This document shows, one piece after another, positions 8,552 to 19,257 of a DNA stretch of 64,000 bases. The notes below the pieces were generated by a model, which saw nothing but the letters and a program-made list of their open reading frames with translations, was not told where the DNA came from and searched no databases. Source of the DNA: a virus. Its lineage: Duplodnaviria > Caudoviricetes. The position numbers and the translations under genes are program-made. The stretch lies in the IMG/VR virus record IMGVR_UViG_3300035208_006730. One strand, 5' to 3'. Position 1 is the stretch's first letter; each line of letters starts with the position of its first letter.

Positions 8552-11500
8552 CTAGAAAAGTTTATTAAGTATGGTGTCCATATTGAGAGTCGATAGGTTA
8601 TCTCTCACGGTTATTGTTGAGTTATTCACGTTTCCCACTATCATCTTCATTGCGCCTGCAAGTCCAGCTGGATCGTTATCACTATCTTTTGTGTACAATC
8701 GAGCATTTACATTATACCCTCTATTTGATCCTATCATGGCTGTTGGTGACATCAAATGAGAAGGAGCCGAAGGACTACCTAAAGATGAAGTAGAAGTTTC
8801 TGTATCTCCCTGCCGAAGAGAAGCTTCGCTAGTATGGCGAACTGGTTTCGAATAGAGAGATGCGGCATCACCTGAAGAGCGCATTCCAACTAGACTTTGA
8901 GGTGTATTTGCCATAGCCGCAAGACCAAGAGCAATGCCAGCTCCAATCGCTATTGGTTTTGCGTATTTTAATGCTCGTTTACCGTCAGCTATTGAAATAT
9001 TACTCGCCGCCATTTCTAAGCGAGAGAGCATGCCCATTGTTCCCTCGCCCTCTGTCATTCTTGCCATAGACTTTACGTAGTCTTTTATGCCTGCAGCTGA
9101 TGGAGAGATTTTGGATTTGCCAGCCATTTTTCTAAATTCTTCAAGGCGACCAGAACTTTTGAAAGAGTCCCGAGAACCCGCTATTGTCCTTGCCGTTTCT
9201 TCAAGATTAATTCCAGAAACAGAAGAGCCCATATCGACGCCTAACCTTGATTTCGCTTCTCTTGCGAATCTTTCTGACACTGGCATATCTTGACCAAGAG
9301 CAGCTTCAATGTCTGAACCAAAATTTTTACCTAATAATCCTCTAAAATTTTCAGCTATTTCAGAAGACGTACCAGAAGAGATCGCTCTTTTAGTCGCTTC
9401 AAGACTTTGGCGCAGTTGGTCGGTTTTTCCAACTATGTCACCTGCGGCCATATGCTTGGCAGAAATGGGGAGTTGTTCCATTAACTCGAGCATTGAAAGT
9501 GCTGTAGACTTGTTAGCATTTCCAGAAGCAGATACGGAAGCCTTAGCTTCGCTCAATACTGTAGACAATTGTCCAATAAAACTTTTTGTTGCCTCATCTT
9601 TTCTAAGGGCAACTTTCGTTAAATCTGCAAGGGTAAACTGATTCATTTCAGCTACTGCAGATTGGGCCTTTGGCTTAATTGTTTGTACTCGAATTGCGTG
9701 CTCGAGGTAGGCACGAAGACTTGTAGCGTCCCAATACTTCGACGCTTGTTCTGCAGTCTGTCCCTTCAGCAGCATCAGACCCGCAAAGTCACCATCGAAG
9801 TCTGCAGCCATGCCTGTAACTGCAGAAATATTGATTCCATCTATTTTAATTTCTGGCATGACCATTACGGCTTCTTTTGTATTGGTCGCAAGACGATGGA
9901 TATTAACTGGAACAGTTGAGTAGGGACCAATGTTAGGATGTCTCCAAGCTACTCCAGAAACAGTTCCTTTTGTCTTCCACTGCTCCTTTAGTTCGGCCAA
10001 TTCCTCAGGAGAACCTTCCATTTCAGCGGACATCTTGTTAAACCAAAAATCAGAAATTCCCACTCCAAATGGATCTTGAATTGTTTCATCCCCAATTTTT
10101 GATGCCAGTTGAAGAAAGCGACTTCCAGTTATTTTTTGATTTGGATTAATTCTTCCACGATAAAATCCGCCAACACCCTTTCCAAAAGGTGCCTGTTCAG
10201 CCTGAATGTTTTGTGCAGCTTCCCAGTATTGTTTTTCGAAAGCTTCAGAGGTGATATCACCTGACTCTAATCCAGAAAGCCCTCTAGCTAAATTTTGATA
10301 GGTTCTATAGAGCTTTCCTCTAAAACCTCCCTGCATTTTTATCGCATCAATATCTGGTACGTAAATATTCTTTGCTCCAGTAATCCAACCCCCACCGCCC
10401 TCAACAAATTCAGCAAAAGCTTTCGAACTAAAATTCGAACTAGCTTCAAATCGACGATCACCTCTTCCTGGCATACCACCAGCAAAAGAAGAAAGAGACT
10501 TTAATAGCTCTTTAGATACAACGTTTTGTTCTCCTGGACCTGATAGGCGCGATGAAAATTCCGAAACAAGTTCTTCGCCTAATGGTCCAAGGTGTCCCTG
10601 TCCAAGCATTTCAATTGTTCTTGGCTCTATAGTCGCTCTGCGGTTGTATCCAAATCGCTCACTTCTCGGACCACCGTGAGTTGCCCAAATAACGCCTTTC
10701 GCTGTACCAGTTTCAAAAGCTCTAGTTTCTCTTTGAGTAAGCGGATTATCAAGATACTTCCCAACATCTTCTTTGTAGTTTTGACCCAACACAGTTGGAA
10801 CTGCACCAAATACTTCTCCTAATTCCTGTTTAGTCAGACCCTCTGAACGAGCGGTTTTAACTAATTCAGCAACTGTTTGAGCGTGGATATATCTACCTTG
10901 ATTCTGTTCGGTAATAGTTTTTGTTAAAGAGTTAAAGTAGTTCCTTGGGTCATTAATTCCAGAACTCATTCCTCGCTTTTTTCTTGCTTCAATGGCTTCC
11001 CAGAGTCGAGTTGCCATCTGTTGGTAATGTAGATGTGGCCCCTTTTTTAATGCATCTATGTCTGCAATTGCCTGTACTCCCTTACCTGCAAGTCCAATAA
11101 TTTTTGATCCCTCATCGAAAACCATACTCCCCTTTAGTCCAAAGATCTTTTCTTGGGCTCTCAAGGGTAACTCTTCTTCTGTCTGTAGGATGATGTTGGA
11201 ATCTTGAATCGTCTGCCCAAGAATTTTTAGATTGCGTCCTGCAGTAATTGGATTTCCCATTGGATCGTTTCCAATAAATTCCCCTTTACCAACAGACATT
11301 GTCCCAGAGGTATCAAGTCCTTTAATCACATTTGTCGCAAGACTTTCTAGTCTCATTTCAGCTTCTCGATATCCCTTACCGTAGGCCTTCATTTGTTTGG
11401 CGACAATTATTTCTCCATCTCCCATGAGCCGTCCAAATGTCTGCTGTCTCTGCATAAATGCTGTTCGCATAAAGAAAGCGTTTGAACTGCCAAGAAGATC

Positions 11501-12889
11501 TCCTGAGGGACCATAAACTCCAAACATATTCAAATGAGATTCCGGCAAAGACCACAGATACTTATTCTGAATGGCATCAAGGTTCTTTCCAAGAGAAGGT
11601 TCCCATGCGCGCATACCAAAACGTTTTACGGCTTGACCAGGAGCTCGAGCTTCAGGAACACTTTCTGCTCCCATATAAAGTTGACGTACATCGTATGTAG
11701 CTAAAGCTCCTCTAGTTTTTGATGTTCCAGAAATACCTCCAGAAAAATACTTGGAACCAAGACCTCCCTCAATCTCTGGAATTGAAGCAGCTTCAGTCGC
11801 CCGCACAGGCTTTCCGTCTAGACTGGAAAATAAAGTCGTTTGAGAACGGATATTGACATAACCTCGTAACTGAGAAGAATAACTTTCAGGTGAAGTCAGA
11901 GGGATATTTGTTAGACGTTCTCTGACTTCTCGAGTCAATTGTTTTCCGATTCCTCTTTTTTCTCTTCCAGACAGTTCGTTCAACCTGCCATAATAACTCC
12001 CTTTGAATCTTTCTATAATGTATTGTTCTGGCAAAAGGTCCTGAGCTACAACGGTTCCAGTACCAGGGTCAATAACGGAAAATTTACTCGCAATGTATCG
12101 AGACGAAAGGTCCTTACCAAGAACTACAGAACCACCTGAAGAGATTGGAACATTAAACGAAACACCACGATCTGCGAAGGTAAATCGATAAGAGCCATGA
12201 CCCGTTGCAGCAAGATCGGATCTTGTTTGATGAAAGATACGAAAATCCTTATTCTTTTCTAAAAATTCTTTAGCGTATCCCTGAATAGCTGAAGGCAGAC
12301 GGTTGTACGCCTGAGGATTAATTAACTGGGATTTAATACTATTTGGAGATCTAACGCCTTGTGTGGCGAGCATTTCTTGGGCCATATTAACTGCGAATTG
12401 ATGTGGATTTTCTATTGGAGTATTCGCAATATCTGAAAGAACTTTACTATAGGTCCTTGAAAATATAGGTTTATTTCTTGAGAACGACTTAATAAATTGA
12501 TTGCGGATACCAAGAGGTAGCATCTTAAGTTTGTCTCTAAATAAATTCTCCATAGAGCCAATAGGATTTTCAAATTGACTTGGATCTAGTTCTCCTCGAA
12601 AATTTTCAGGTATATTATCCAATGCTTTTTGCCATGCCCAAAGAATACTTTCGGCAGATCCAGAAAGAGCTCTGGTTGCAAAATTTGAAACTTTATCTCC
12701 CATCAGCGGACCAGCAGAAGGGATAGTTCCTGGATAACGACCCATATTCGCTAATGAATCAAGAACATTAGATTTCGGATTCATTCTTGTTATTATATTT
12801 TGACCCGCGATTACTCCTCCAATTACCACAGGAGAAAGCATCGCAAGATCCATAAAGCCTAGACCATTAGTTCCATTATTATCTGCCAT
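8552..12889 (-). CDS. Single-chain two-barrel (DPBB) DNA-dependent RNA polymerase, probably virion-packaged
   Basis: 1445 aa; beta-like MRTAFM..GDGEIIV (D491) and EKIFGLKG (K581/K586); beta'-like GKGVGGFYRG..KITGSRFL, WRHP (R983) and AADFDGD (D1030-D1034); sits inside the tail gene cluster. Confidence 0.8.
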   Translation of the reverse strand: MADNNGTNGLGFMDLAMLSPVVIGGVIAGQNIITRMNPKSNVLDSLANMGRYPGTIPSAGPLMGDKVSNFATRALSGSAESILWAWQKALDNIPENFRGELDPSQFENPIGSMENLFRDKLKMLPLGIRNQFIKSFSRNKPIFSRTYSKVLSDIANTPIENPHQFAVNMAQEMLATQGVRSPNSIKSQLINPQAYNRLPSAIQGYAKEFLEKNKDFRIFHQTRSDLAATGHGSYRFTFADRGVSFNVPISSGGSVVLGKDLSSRYIASKFSVIDPGTGTVVAQDLLPEQYIIERFKGSYYGRLNELSGREKRGIGKQLTREVRERLTNIPLTSPESYSSQLRGYVNIRSQTTLFSSLDGKPVRATEAASIPEIEGGLGSKYFSGGISGTSKTRGALATYDVRQLYMGAESVPEARAPGQAVKRFGMRAWEPSLGKNLDAIQNKYLWSLPESHLNMFGVYGPSGDLLGSSNAFFMRTAFMQRQQTFGRLMGDGEIIVAKQMKAYGKGYREAEMRLESLATNVIKGLDTSGTMSVGKGEFIGNDPMGNPITAGRNLKILGQTIQDSNIILQTEEELPLRAQEKIFGLKGSMVFDEGSKIIGLAGKGVQAIADIDALKKGPHLHYQQMATRLWEAIEARKKRGMSSGINDPRNYFNSLTKTITEQNQGRYIHAQTVAELVKTARSEGLTKQELGEVFGAVPTVLGQNYKEDVGKYLDNPLTQRETRAFETGTAKGVIWATHGGPRSERFGYNRRATIEPRTIEMLGQGHLGPLGEELVSEFSSRLSGPGEQNVVSKELLKSLSSFAGGMPGRGDRRFEASSNFSSKAFAEFVEGGGGWITGAKNIYVPDIDAIKMQGGFRGKLYRTYQNLARGLSGLESGDITSEAFEKQYWEAAQNIQAEQAPFGKGVGGFYRGRINPNQKITGSRFLQLASKIGDETIQDPFGVGISDFWFNKMSAEMEGSPEELAELKEQWKTKGTVSGVAWRHPNIGPYSTVPVNIHRLATNTKEAVMVMPEIKIDGINISAVTGMAADFDGDFAGLMLLKGQTAEQASKYWDATSLRAYLEHAIRVQTIKPKAQSAVAEMNQFTLADLTKVALRKDEATKSFIGQLSTVLSEAKASVSASGNANKSTALSMLELMEQLPISAKHMAAGDIVGKTDQLRQSLEATKRAISSGTSSEIAENFRGLLGKNFGSDIEAALGQDMPVSERFAREAKSRLGVDMGSSVSGINLEETARTIAGSRDSFKSSGRLEEFRKMAGKSKISPSAAGIKDYVKSMARMTEGEGTMGMLSRLEMAASNISIADGKRALKYAKPIAIGAGIALGLAAMANTPQSLVGMRSSGDAASLYSKPVRHTSEASLRQGDTETSTSSLGSPSAPSHLMSPTAMIGSNRGYNVNARLYTKDSDNDPAGLAGAMKMIVGNVNNSTITVRDNLSTLNMDTILNKLF

Positions 12890-15800
12890 TGAAAGCGTCC
12901 CTTAATCCATCTCTTACGTCATCAAATCTATCCACTTCTAATTCTACACTGGATGAGTTCATTCCTAATAGGGAAAGTTGCTGAGTCATTGTAAAATTTC
13001 CCTGAAGATTATCTCTCTCCATCAAAGAATTCATCTGATCTCTAATCTCTCCTTCTGAATACTGTTGTCCAATCTCTTGAACGCTTTGATTATTTACCCA
13101 AGGCTTGTATCTTGATGCCATTTCTCTATCTGGCCAAAGATTAAAATCATGAAATTCTAATCCCTGTTTTTGCACGTATTTCAGCTTCAAATCATCAAGA
13201 TCAGCCTGTGGATGGAAGCCTACCCAGTCAGGCCCAGGCATCGATTTCTCTTTCAATTGCTTTGGAACTAAGTAGGTTCTACGATACCAATCCGCATAAC
13301 TCTCTCCAGTAACTCTGGAACCGTAATACTCCTGACGAAGTTCGTCATTTACTGGAAATCCAGCAGATGTGGCCAAAGATTCAATTTCAGCTCCAGCAAT
13401 TAAAGCGTCCTCATTGTCTGTTTTCTTTGCCGCTTCAGAAAATCTTCGTTGCCATTGAGCGATGTAAATTGGACGCATTTGTTCGGGAACCATCTGAAGA
13501 ATCTTTTCTCGAGCTTCAGGAGAAGTCTCCATTCTAAATGCGTCAAAATAAGACCTTTCTCTGGCTGGTATTGCGGCCATCAAGTCCTTGAAATTCATAG
13601 TGTATGGATTAATACCAGTTAATGTTTGCTTACTTGATTTAACGTATTCATCGGCCAAATCAAGATCGCCTGCTTCAAATGCTCGAGTTGCTAACGTTCT
13701 GAACTTAGCGTATTTTAGCGCATCGAATTGTTCGTCAATCTCTCTTTGTTCTTGAATCCGATCAGGGATTCCATTCCATCCAAAGGCATGAGCCGTAGAA
13801 GAAGCAAATGGGGAAAGAAAGTTTTGAATAGGTTTATTCCAAAATTTGTTGGAAGTACCATAAATCATATCTTTTTCATAATCTTCAATAGCTGTGCGCG
13901 CATGCACGAACTTTGCAAATGGAGCCATTGGAGTTAACTGTTCAAGAGAAGTCTCTGCTCCATGGCTAATCCATTCCCAATAGCCACCAAATAGAGATCC
14001 AATAATACCTCTATCTTTTTTACCTGAAGCGTTTTCCTTATTAATCTCGGATAATACTTTTGATTCTAATGAGTTGCCAGTTTCAAATGGTTCAAGAACT
14101 TCGTACTCTGAAAAACTTTTTTTCTCTTTCTTTGCTTTTATTTGTTCGATAGTTCTGTTAAAAAGTTCCTCTTCGTAGTCCGTCCAATTTCCAGATGACC
14201 GCTGCATTCTAATGCCAGCTGCAGCTGCTTTGTATTTGGAAGAATATGGGGCTACATCGGCAAGAATTTTCCAGATATGAATGAGAGGATAATCTTCTGG
14301 ATCTAGACCAGCAAGCTCTGGATAACGTTGTTCGTAGCCAAGACCAGGGAGACGCACTTCCCCGAGATCAATCTTTGCGAATGGATCACCAGAACGAAAG
14401 TCTTCCGATAGATCTCCTGTATCAGGCATCCATTGTGGCATCTGGTTTCTAATAGGATTGTATGTCTGAATGCTTTTTCTTTTACTTGGATAAAGACGCC
14501 GATACCATTCGCTTAATCCTAAGGCGCCTCCAAATCCCTCTTCCCAGAAAGATTTTCTGGCACTAGTAATTTCTCCTGCAGCTTCCAATTGGCGTTGATC
14601 TGCAAAGAAATCTGGAGAACCAGTTAACTCTTCCTTGAGTGAAGAAAATAAGAATCCAGGAAGACCTACCATCTCACTATTATGGACTAGACAATCTTCT
14701 GCATAATAAATATGAGTATTTTCTACTTCAAGATCGTAAAGATCTATTGATTCCATATAAATATCTTTAATATTAGTTATTTTTTTGAAGATGAAATAAT
14801 AATTATTGTCTTCTTTTATGAAGTTTCTAGTAGTATTTGTTTCGCCTACAGCAATTGGACGCGATAATTTAAAACCAGATTTACCTAATTGTCTTAATTT
14901 TTGAATATTTGTTCTAAAAAGTCCAAGTCCATAATTTTTATATTTTTTTACTTGTCCATTTTTTTTGATTGTGGAGTAACCAGATGTATTTGAAACCAAT
15001 ATACCCAATTGATTAAAAATATAGGTTAATTGTTTCTGCAGAGTTAAACTAGATTGATTACATTCTAATTCCTTTTCTCGAATATGGAAATCGCCATCTA
15101 TAAAACCATTAATTAAACCAAGAAGAAACTCTCTATTCGAAGATAATAGAGATGCATGGATTATTTTATGGCTTGGTAATCCGATCAAAGTTCTGAATAA
15201 TTGACTTATGGCCGTACTGCATATACTTGTCTCTACTCCGTTCCCTATAATTCCATCTTTTTCCTTTCTCCACCATGTAGTTGTCCCATTATAATTAAAT
15301 AACGTTTTCATTGATTCGAATAACTTTTTATAATGAGTTTCAGTTTCAGAGATTTCTGCAGCATAACTAATTTGGGTGTTACTTGGAGACCCTTCCGCTA
15401 AAGTATATCCGCATAACCAACCTAAATCCCAAGTAAGTTCGAGCCTAATTGGAAGACTTCCTGCGTTCTTATCTAAATAGTCGCATTCATAATTATTATT
15501 TGGTCGTTTTACTAAAGTTCCCTTATTGTTTAAATATTCACAACCCTTTCTTAGAAAAGACTTTTTAATTCTTCTATAAATGGTATTTCCTTGGATTCCA
15601 AAATTATTCATATCCAAAATATCAGGTAAATATAGGAATTTTTTTTCGTTAATTATCTTTGGAATTATTTCTACTAGAAAATCGCCCTTATCCAGATTCT
15701 TAACGGAAAGCCATTCAGGTTTGTAATTTAAGTAATGAGGATGAATACATCTTTTACAGTGATCTCCATCATGACTTCCATGAAGACTGCAATTATAGTC

Positions 15801-18800
15801 CTTTGCGCTACAATATTTAGTTTTTAGCGCAAAAACTTTATGATTTTCTGTTACCTTTAACTTTTGGTAAGTATTAGTAAGAGATATTTCCTTTAGGACA
15901 TCTTTCTGGATATTTTTTCTTTTAAATACTTTGGTTACTTTTTCGAAAGAACTGTGTCCCCATACAAACTCCTTTTCAACTATATTCCTTATTTCTTTGT
16001 ATGAACTATCTGCCATACGAATCCGCGTATCTTCAGTAAAACACATACGATACATCTGTTCATTAATCGTTTGACTAAGAGAGTAGGGAGATATAGCTTC
16101 GCCTTCTGGAATTTGGCCTAATTCTTCTGAAAATGTTTGTCCATATCCAAGAGGGTTAGATAACTGTTGTCCATTTTGCATCCATTCAGAGGTATGCATT
16201 TTCATTTCAGGTTTAATTACTTGCCCAATAGTAGCTCCAAGTAGAGGACCAATCAAAGGGACCTCAGAAAATGCGGGACTTGAATTATGGACAATACATG
16301 TCGTTAAAAACGATTGTTCTTTTTCTACTGTGATATCAAAAACATCTCCTTCATATGGTATTTCCTTAATTTGTCTAACCGGAATATAGAAGTTGTCATT
16401 ATAAATAAGTCCCTTTCTATCTCCAGTGGTTTTAATGCATTTAACTTCTTCTTCGAATAAAGAAAAGTTTTCAAAGCCGAATCCAGTTATGCTTAAGTAG
16501 TAATGAACATTTTTCGGAATTTCACGTCCATTAATAAGAGCTTTTTTCCAGTTCTTTTTAGGAACTGCCTTAGTGAATGATACGGGAATACCAATACTTA
16601 AAAGAAGTAATCTTAACTGATTTGTTAGATAAGATGAAGCAGATGTAAATGTGATTTCATTTTTCTTTTTTGTAGAGCCATCTCCTCGAATTAATCCCTT
16701 AGCAAAAGCCTGTTTCAATCTTACTGGCCAACTTAAATAGTCTAGAGAAAATCCCTTTTGAGGAGCATGTTTTTTTTCAAAAAGACCATCTAAGATTTCA
16801 CTTAAAATTCTAGAATACACTCTTAATTGAACACCGTTCTCACTTTTCTGACTAACACTTGTATTTGCTTGAAATTTCTTCATAACTATTTTCTGTATAT
16901 CGGCGATATATGTAGGTATCTCATTTGAATTAAAAGCAAATCCAACTTGATCTTTGCTCGTAAAACCTTCTGCTAAGAATAAGCCGAACAAATATGCCAT
17001 ATCTTCGTCTATTTCTAGGTATCTATCTAGAAATTTTTTATAGCCGTTTCTTTTTCTTAAATCCCATAAAAGAGAATATTTAACTAAAAATGTCTTACTA
17101 GCATCTTTTATTGAAAGATTTGAGTAAAAAGCATCTACTACATTTTGAGTCGCTCTTCTATCGTAAATAATCTTATCTTTTATATAGGCACGTCCTGTTA
17201 ATATAGCTAAATCTATAATTGGATTTTTTTCTAAAGAAGTAATTTTTCTTGCTGGCACAACAACAAAATCATGTCTTTTAATGTCTTTTGCTGGAATCCA
17301 TTCAAGACATCCTGACTTTATCGCTTTTATTTTTTCTCTATTTCTATCTCCTCTTTTTTGATAAGTTAAATGGTTTTTTAGACATAAAATTTTATGTTGA
17401 GGAGTTACTAAAAGTTTTCTGTTATCGGCGGCTATTGTAATTTCTATGAGCTTTCCTTCTGTACATTTTCTGCTTGTTTTTTCGATAACAGTTGTCCACT
17501 CATTATCTCTATTTAAAACCTGATCGCCCCTTTGAATATGAGATATGTTTTTAAAACCTTCAATTGTATAAACTGGCGTATCAGGATGAAAACACATTGG
17601 GTATGGCCGATCCCAGTAATGAAATTTTTCTATATCGTAAGTAAAATTCTCTTTCCATGTTTTGGTAAACTCGGAAATATTGTCTGCGCCTTCTCCCCAT
17701 ATTTGTTTATCTCTTGCTCTCCAAACCATTCTTGGAAACCAGTGAGGAGCGTAATAAGCTTCATTAGAACCTTCCCACTTGGAGTTGCCCATCTCCCAAA
17801 AAGCGCCCTTACCTACAGGAACTTCTTCTTCTCCTGAGTAGATTCTACGGAGTTTATCGGGACGATCTGATGGAATAAGGGCTCCTGGGATAAAGGGAGA
17901 AACAATGGCTGCACCAATGAAAGCCCCAAGACCAATAGCTAATTTTTTAGGAGTGAGATTTTTAAAGATACCGCCACGCGAAATTAAATTTTTGCCTAAT
18001 TTTCCAAACCAAGATCCTCCAAACTCACCAACTGTTTCCATTGCGGCAGCTCTAGCTGCCTCGAGATTCATTCCTGCTCTTTGATTCTTAAAAGTTTGAT
18101 AGACCCGTTCGCCGTAGGTGCTAACGGAACCAACTATCCATCCAGCTAGAGGGAATCCGGCAAGTGCTGAAAGATTTGTGCTTCCAGGAGCTGCTTCTTC
18201 TTGCCATTCTCGATATCGGTGAAGCCCCATAGTTTCTGCAGTAGAAGAAATGGAAAGATTTCCTTGAGCCCAAAGAGAGGCAATACCTGTCGTAATACCT
18301 TCATTAAAAACTGTCTTATCGAAAAGTAGATTGTTTCTTACTAATCGATCTGCTTCAGAATAGAGAAGATAGCCAAGAGGCGCTACAGCTCCCCATTTGA
18401 GAGATAGCCGACCAAGAGTAGAAAGAGCTCCACCAGGTTTAACTCCCAACCCATACTTAAAAAATTCTTTACCAAATGGGAGCCTTTTCCCTAAACTTTC
18501 TAAATATTTATATCCTCTGCCAATTACTGGAAGATCAGAAGGCATTTGAAGAAGACGGTTGTATCGTTCAACTAATTCTGAAGCAATACCACTAACTTGT
18601 CGTTTCGCAGCTTGAAGTTTAGAGTGTCCACCGATAACCTGAACCCCGAAACTGGGATGGAGTTGTTCTTCTCCTGAACGGGAAAAGACTTCTGTTAATT
18701 TGGCTCCTTCCCAATTCGTCCCGTAATCATCTACTCCCAAGGCTCTTGCATATCCGGCTGAGTAGTGAGACGATGTTTTGAAAATATCTGTAGCCGTTGT

Positions 18801-19250
18801 GTTGAGAACTACCGATGCATGCTCTAGAGCTATATCCTGGGAGCTGCCCCAAAATAATTTATTTCCAGAAAAAGACAAGCCAGTTGAACCTATCTTCTCA
18901 GGTTTACTGCCGATGAGTTTCGAGAGATAGGTTAATTGTTCAGGGTTATTACTTAGAAACTCTGGACTAATGAATATTGGACTTTTCGCTTCAGATGTAA
19001 ATTGACTAAAGAAATTCGATAATTGAAACGTTCGGAGAAACCCACCAGGTGAATACTCTTCTGCAGTCCGAATGGCTCCTACGAACCGGTCATATCCCAG
19101 TGAGTTACCAAGTTTGGCTTTGCCGAGTAAATGGAGTCCAGTTACTCCACCACCAATAAGGGCCGTATTTGTTAGAAGATTAGATTGAGACGGAAGCTGA
19201 TCTTCGTCTGACCAAAGAGGTTGAGGGACAAAATCTAAAAATGTCGCCAT
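12879..19250 (-). CDS. Tape-measure-position virion protein with two inteins (~1231 aa spliced)
   Basis: Follows the tube and chaperone genes; several Gly/Ala-rich hydrophobic helices in the N-terminal 470 aa; two C...HN-S inteins. Confidence 0.6.
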   Translation of the reverse strand: MATFLDFVPQPLWSDEDQLPSQSNLLTNTALIGGGVTGLHLLGKAKLGNSLGYDRFVGAIRTAEEYSPGGFLRTFQLSNFFSQFTSEAKSPIFISPEFLSNNPEQLTYLSKLIGSKPEKIGSTGLSFSGNKLFWGSSQDIALEHASVVLNTTATDIFKTSSHYSAGYARALGVDDYGTNWEGAKLTEVFSRSGEEQLHPSFGVQVIGGHSKLQAAKRQVSGIASELVERYNRLLQMPSDLPVIGRGYKYLESLGKRLPFGKEFFKYGLGVKPGGALSTLGRLSLKWGAVAPLGYLLYSEADRLVRNNLLFDKTVFNEGITTGIASLWAQGNLSISSTAETMGLHRYREWQEEAAPGSTNLSALAGFPLAGWIVGSVSTYGERVYQTFKNQRAGMNLEAARAAAMETVGEFGGSWFGKLGKNLISRGGIFKNLTPKKLAIGLGAFIGAAIVSPFIPGALIPSDRPDKLRRIYSGEEEVPVGKGAFWEMGNSKWEGSNEAYYAPHWFPRMVWRARDKQIWGEGADNISEFTKTWKENFTYDIEKFHYWDRPYPMCFHPDTPVYTIEGFKNISHIQRGDQVLNRDNEWTTVIEKTSRKCTEGKLIEITIAADNRKLLVTPQHKILCLKNHLTYQKRGDRNREKIKAIKSGCLEWIPAKDIKRHDFVVVPARKITSLEKNPIIDLAILTGRAYIKDKIIYDRRATQNVVDAFYSNLSIKDASKTFLVKYSLLWDLRKRNGYKKFLDRYLEIDEDMAYLFGLFLAEGFTSKDQVGFAFNSNEIPTYIADIQKIVMKKFQANTSVSQKSENGVQLRVYSRILSEILDGLFEKKHAPQKGFSLDYLSWPVRLKQAFAKGLIRGDGSTKKKNEITFTSASSYLTNQLRLLLLSIGIPVSFTKAVPKKNWKKALINGREIPKNVHYYLSITGFGFENFSLFEEEVKCIKTTGDRKGLIYNDNFYIPVRQIKEIPYEGDVFDITVEKEQSFLTTCIVHNSSPAFSEVPLIGPLLGATIGQVIKPEMKMHTSEWMQNGQQLSNPLGYGQTFSEELGQIPEGEAISPYSLSQTINEQMYRMCFTEDTRIRMADSSYKEIRNIVEKEFVWGHSSFEKVTKVFKRKNIQKDVLKEISLTNTYQKLKVTENHKVFALKTKYCSAKDYNCSLHGSHDGDHCKRCIHPHYLNYKPEWLSVKNLDKGDFLVEIIPKIINEKKFLYLPDILDMNNFGIQGNTIYRRIKKSFLRKGCEYLNNKGTLVKRPNNNYECDYLDKNAGSLPIRLELTWDLGWLCGYTLAEGSPSNTQISYAAEISETETHYKKLFESMKTLFNYNGTTTWWRKEKDGIIGNGVETSICSTAISQLFRTLIGLPSHKIIHASLLSSNREFLLGLINGFIDGDFHIREKELECNQSSLTLQKQLTYIFNQLGILVSNTSGYSTIKKNGQVKKYKNYGLGLFRTNIQKLRQLGKSGFKLSRPIAVGETNTTRNFIKEDNNYYFIFKKITNIKDIYMESIDLYDLEVENTHIYYAEDCLVHNSEMVGLPGFLFSSLKEELTGSPDFFADQRQLEAAGEITSARKSFWEEGFGGALGLSEWYRRLYPSKRKSIQTYNPIRNQMPQWMPDTGDLSEDFRSGDPFAKIDLGEVRLPGLGYEQRYPELAGLDPEDYPLIHIWKILADVAPYSSKYKAAAAGIRMQRSSGNWTDYEEELFNRTIEQIKAKKEKKSFSEYEVLEPFETGNSLESKVLSEINKENASGKKDRGIIGSLFGGYWEWISHGAETSLEQLTPMAPFAKFVHARTAIEDYEKDMIYGTSNKFWNKPIQNFLSPFASSTAHAFGWNGIPDRIQEQREIDEQFDALKYAKFRTLATRAFEAGDLDLADEYVKSSKQTLTGINPYTMNFKDLMAAIPARERSYFDAFRMETSPEAREKILQMVPEQMRPIYIAQWQRRFSEAAKKTDNEDALIAGAEIESLATSAGFPVNDELRQEYYGSRVTGESYADWYRRTYLVPKQLKEKSMPGPDWVGFHPQADLDDLKLKYVQKQGLEFHDFNLWPDREMASRYKPWVNNQSVQEIGQQYSEGEIRDQMNSLMERDNLQGNFTMTQQLSLLGMNSSSVELEVDRFDDVRDGLRDAFNGR
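14679..16043 (-). mobile_element. Intein with LAGLIDADG endonuclease (455 aa)
   Basis: YRM|CFTEDTRI...LYDLEVENTHIYYAEDCLVHN|SEM; WLCGYTLAEG and GLINGFIDGD motifs. Confidence 0.92.
16284..17594 (-). mobile_element. Intein with LAGLIDADG endonuclease (437 aa)
   Basis: PYPM|CFHPDTPV...VTPQHKI...VFDITVEKEQSFLTTCIVHN|SSP; YLFGLFLAEG and FAKGLIRGDG motifs. Confidence 0.92.
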
Positions 19251-19257
19251 TCACTCG

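Noticed and set aside
8552-12889. Cellular rpoB/rpoC gene or host contamination
   Set aside because: Far shorter than RpoB plus RpoC, only core motifs are recognisable, and it is tightly embedded among tail genes
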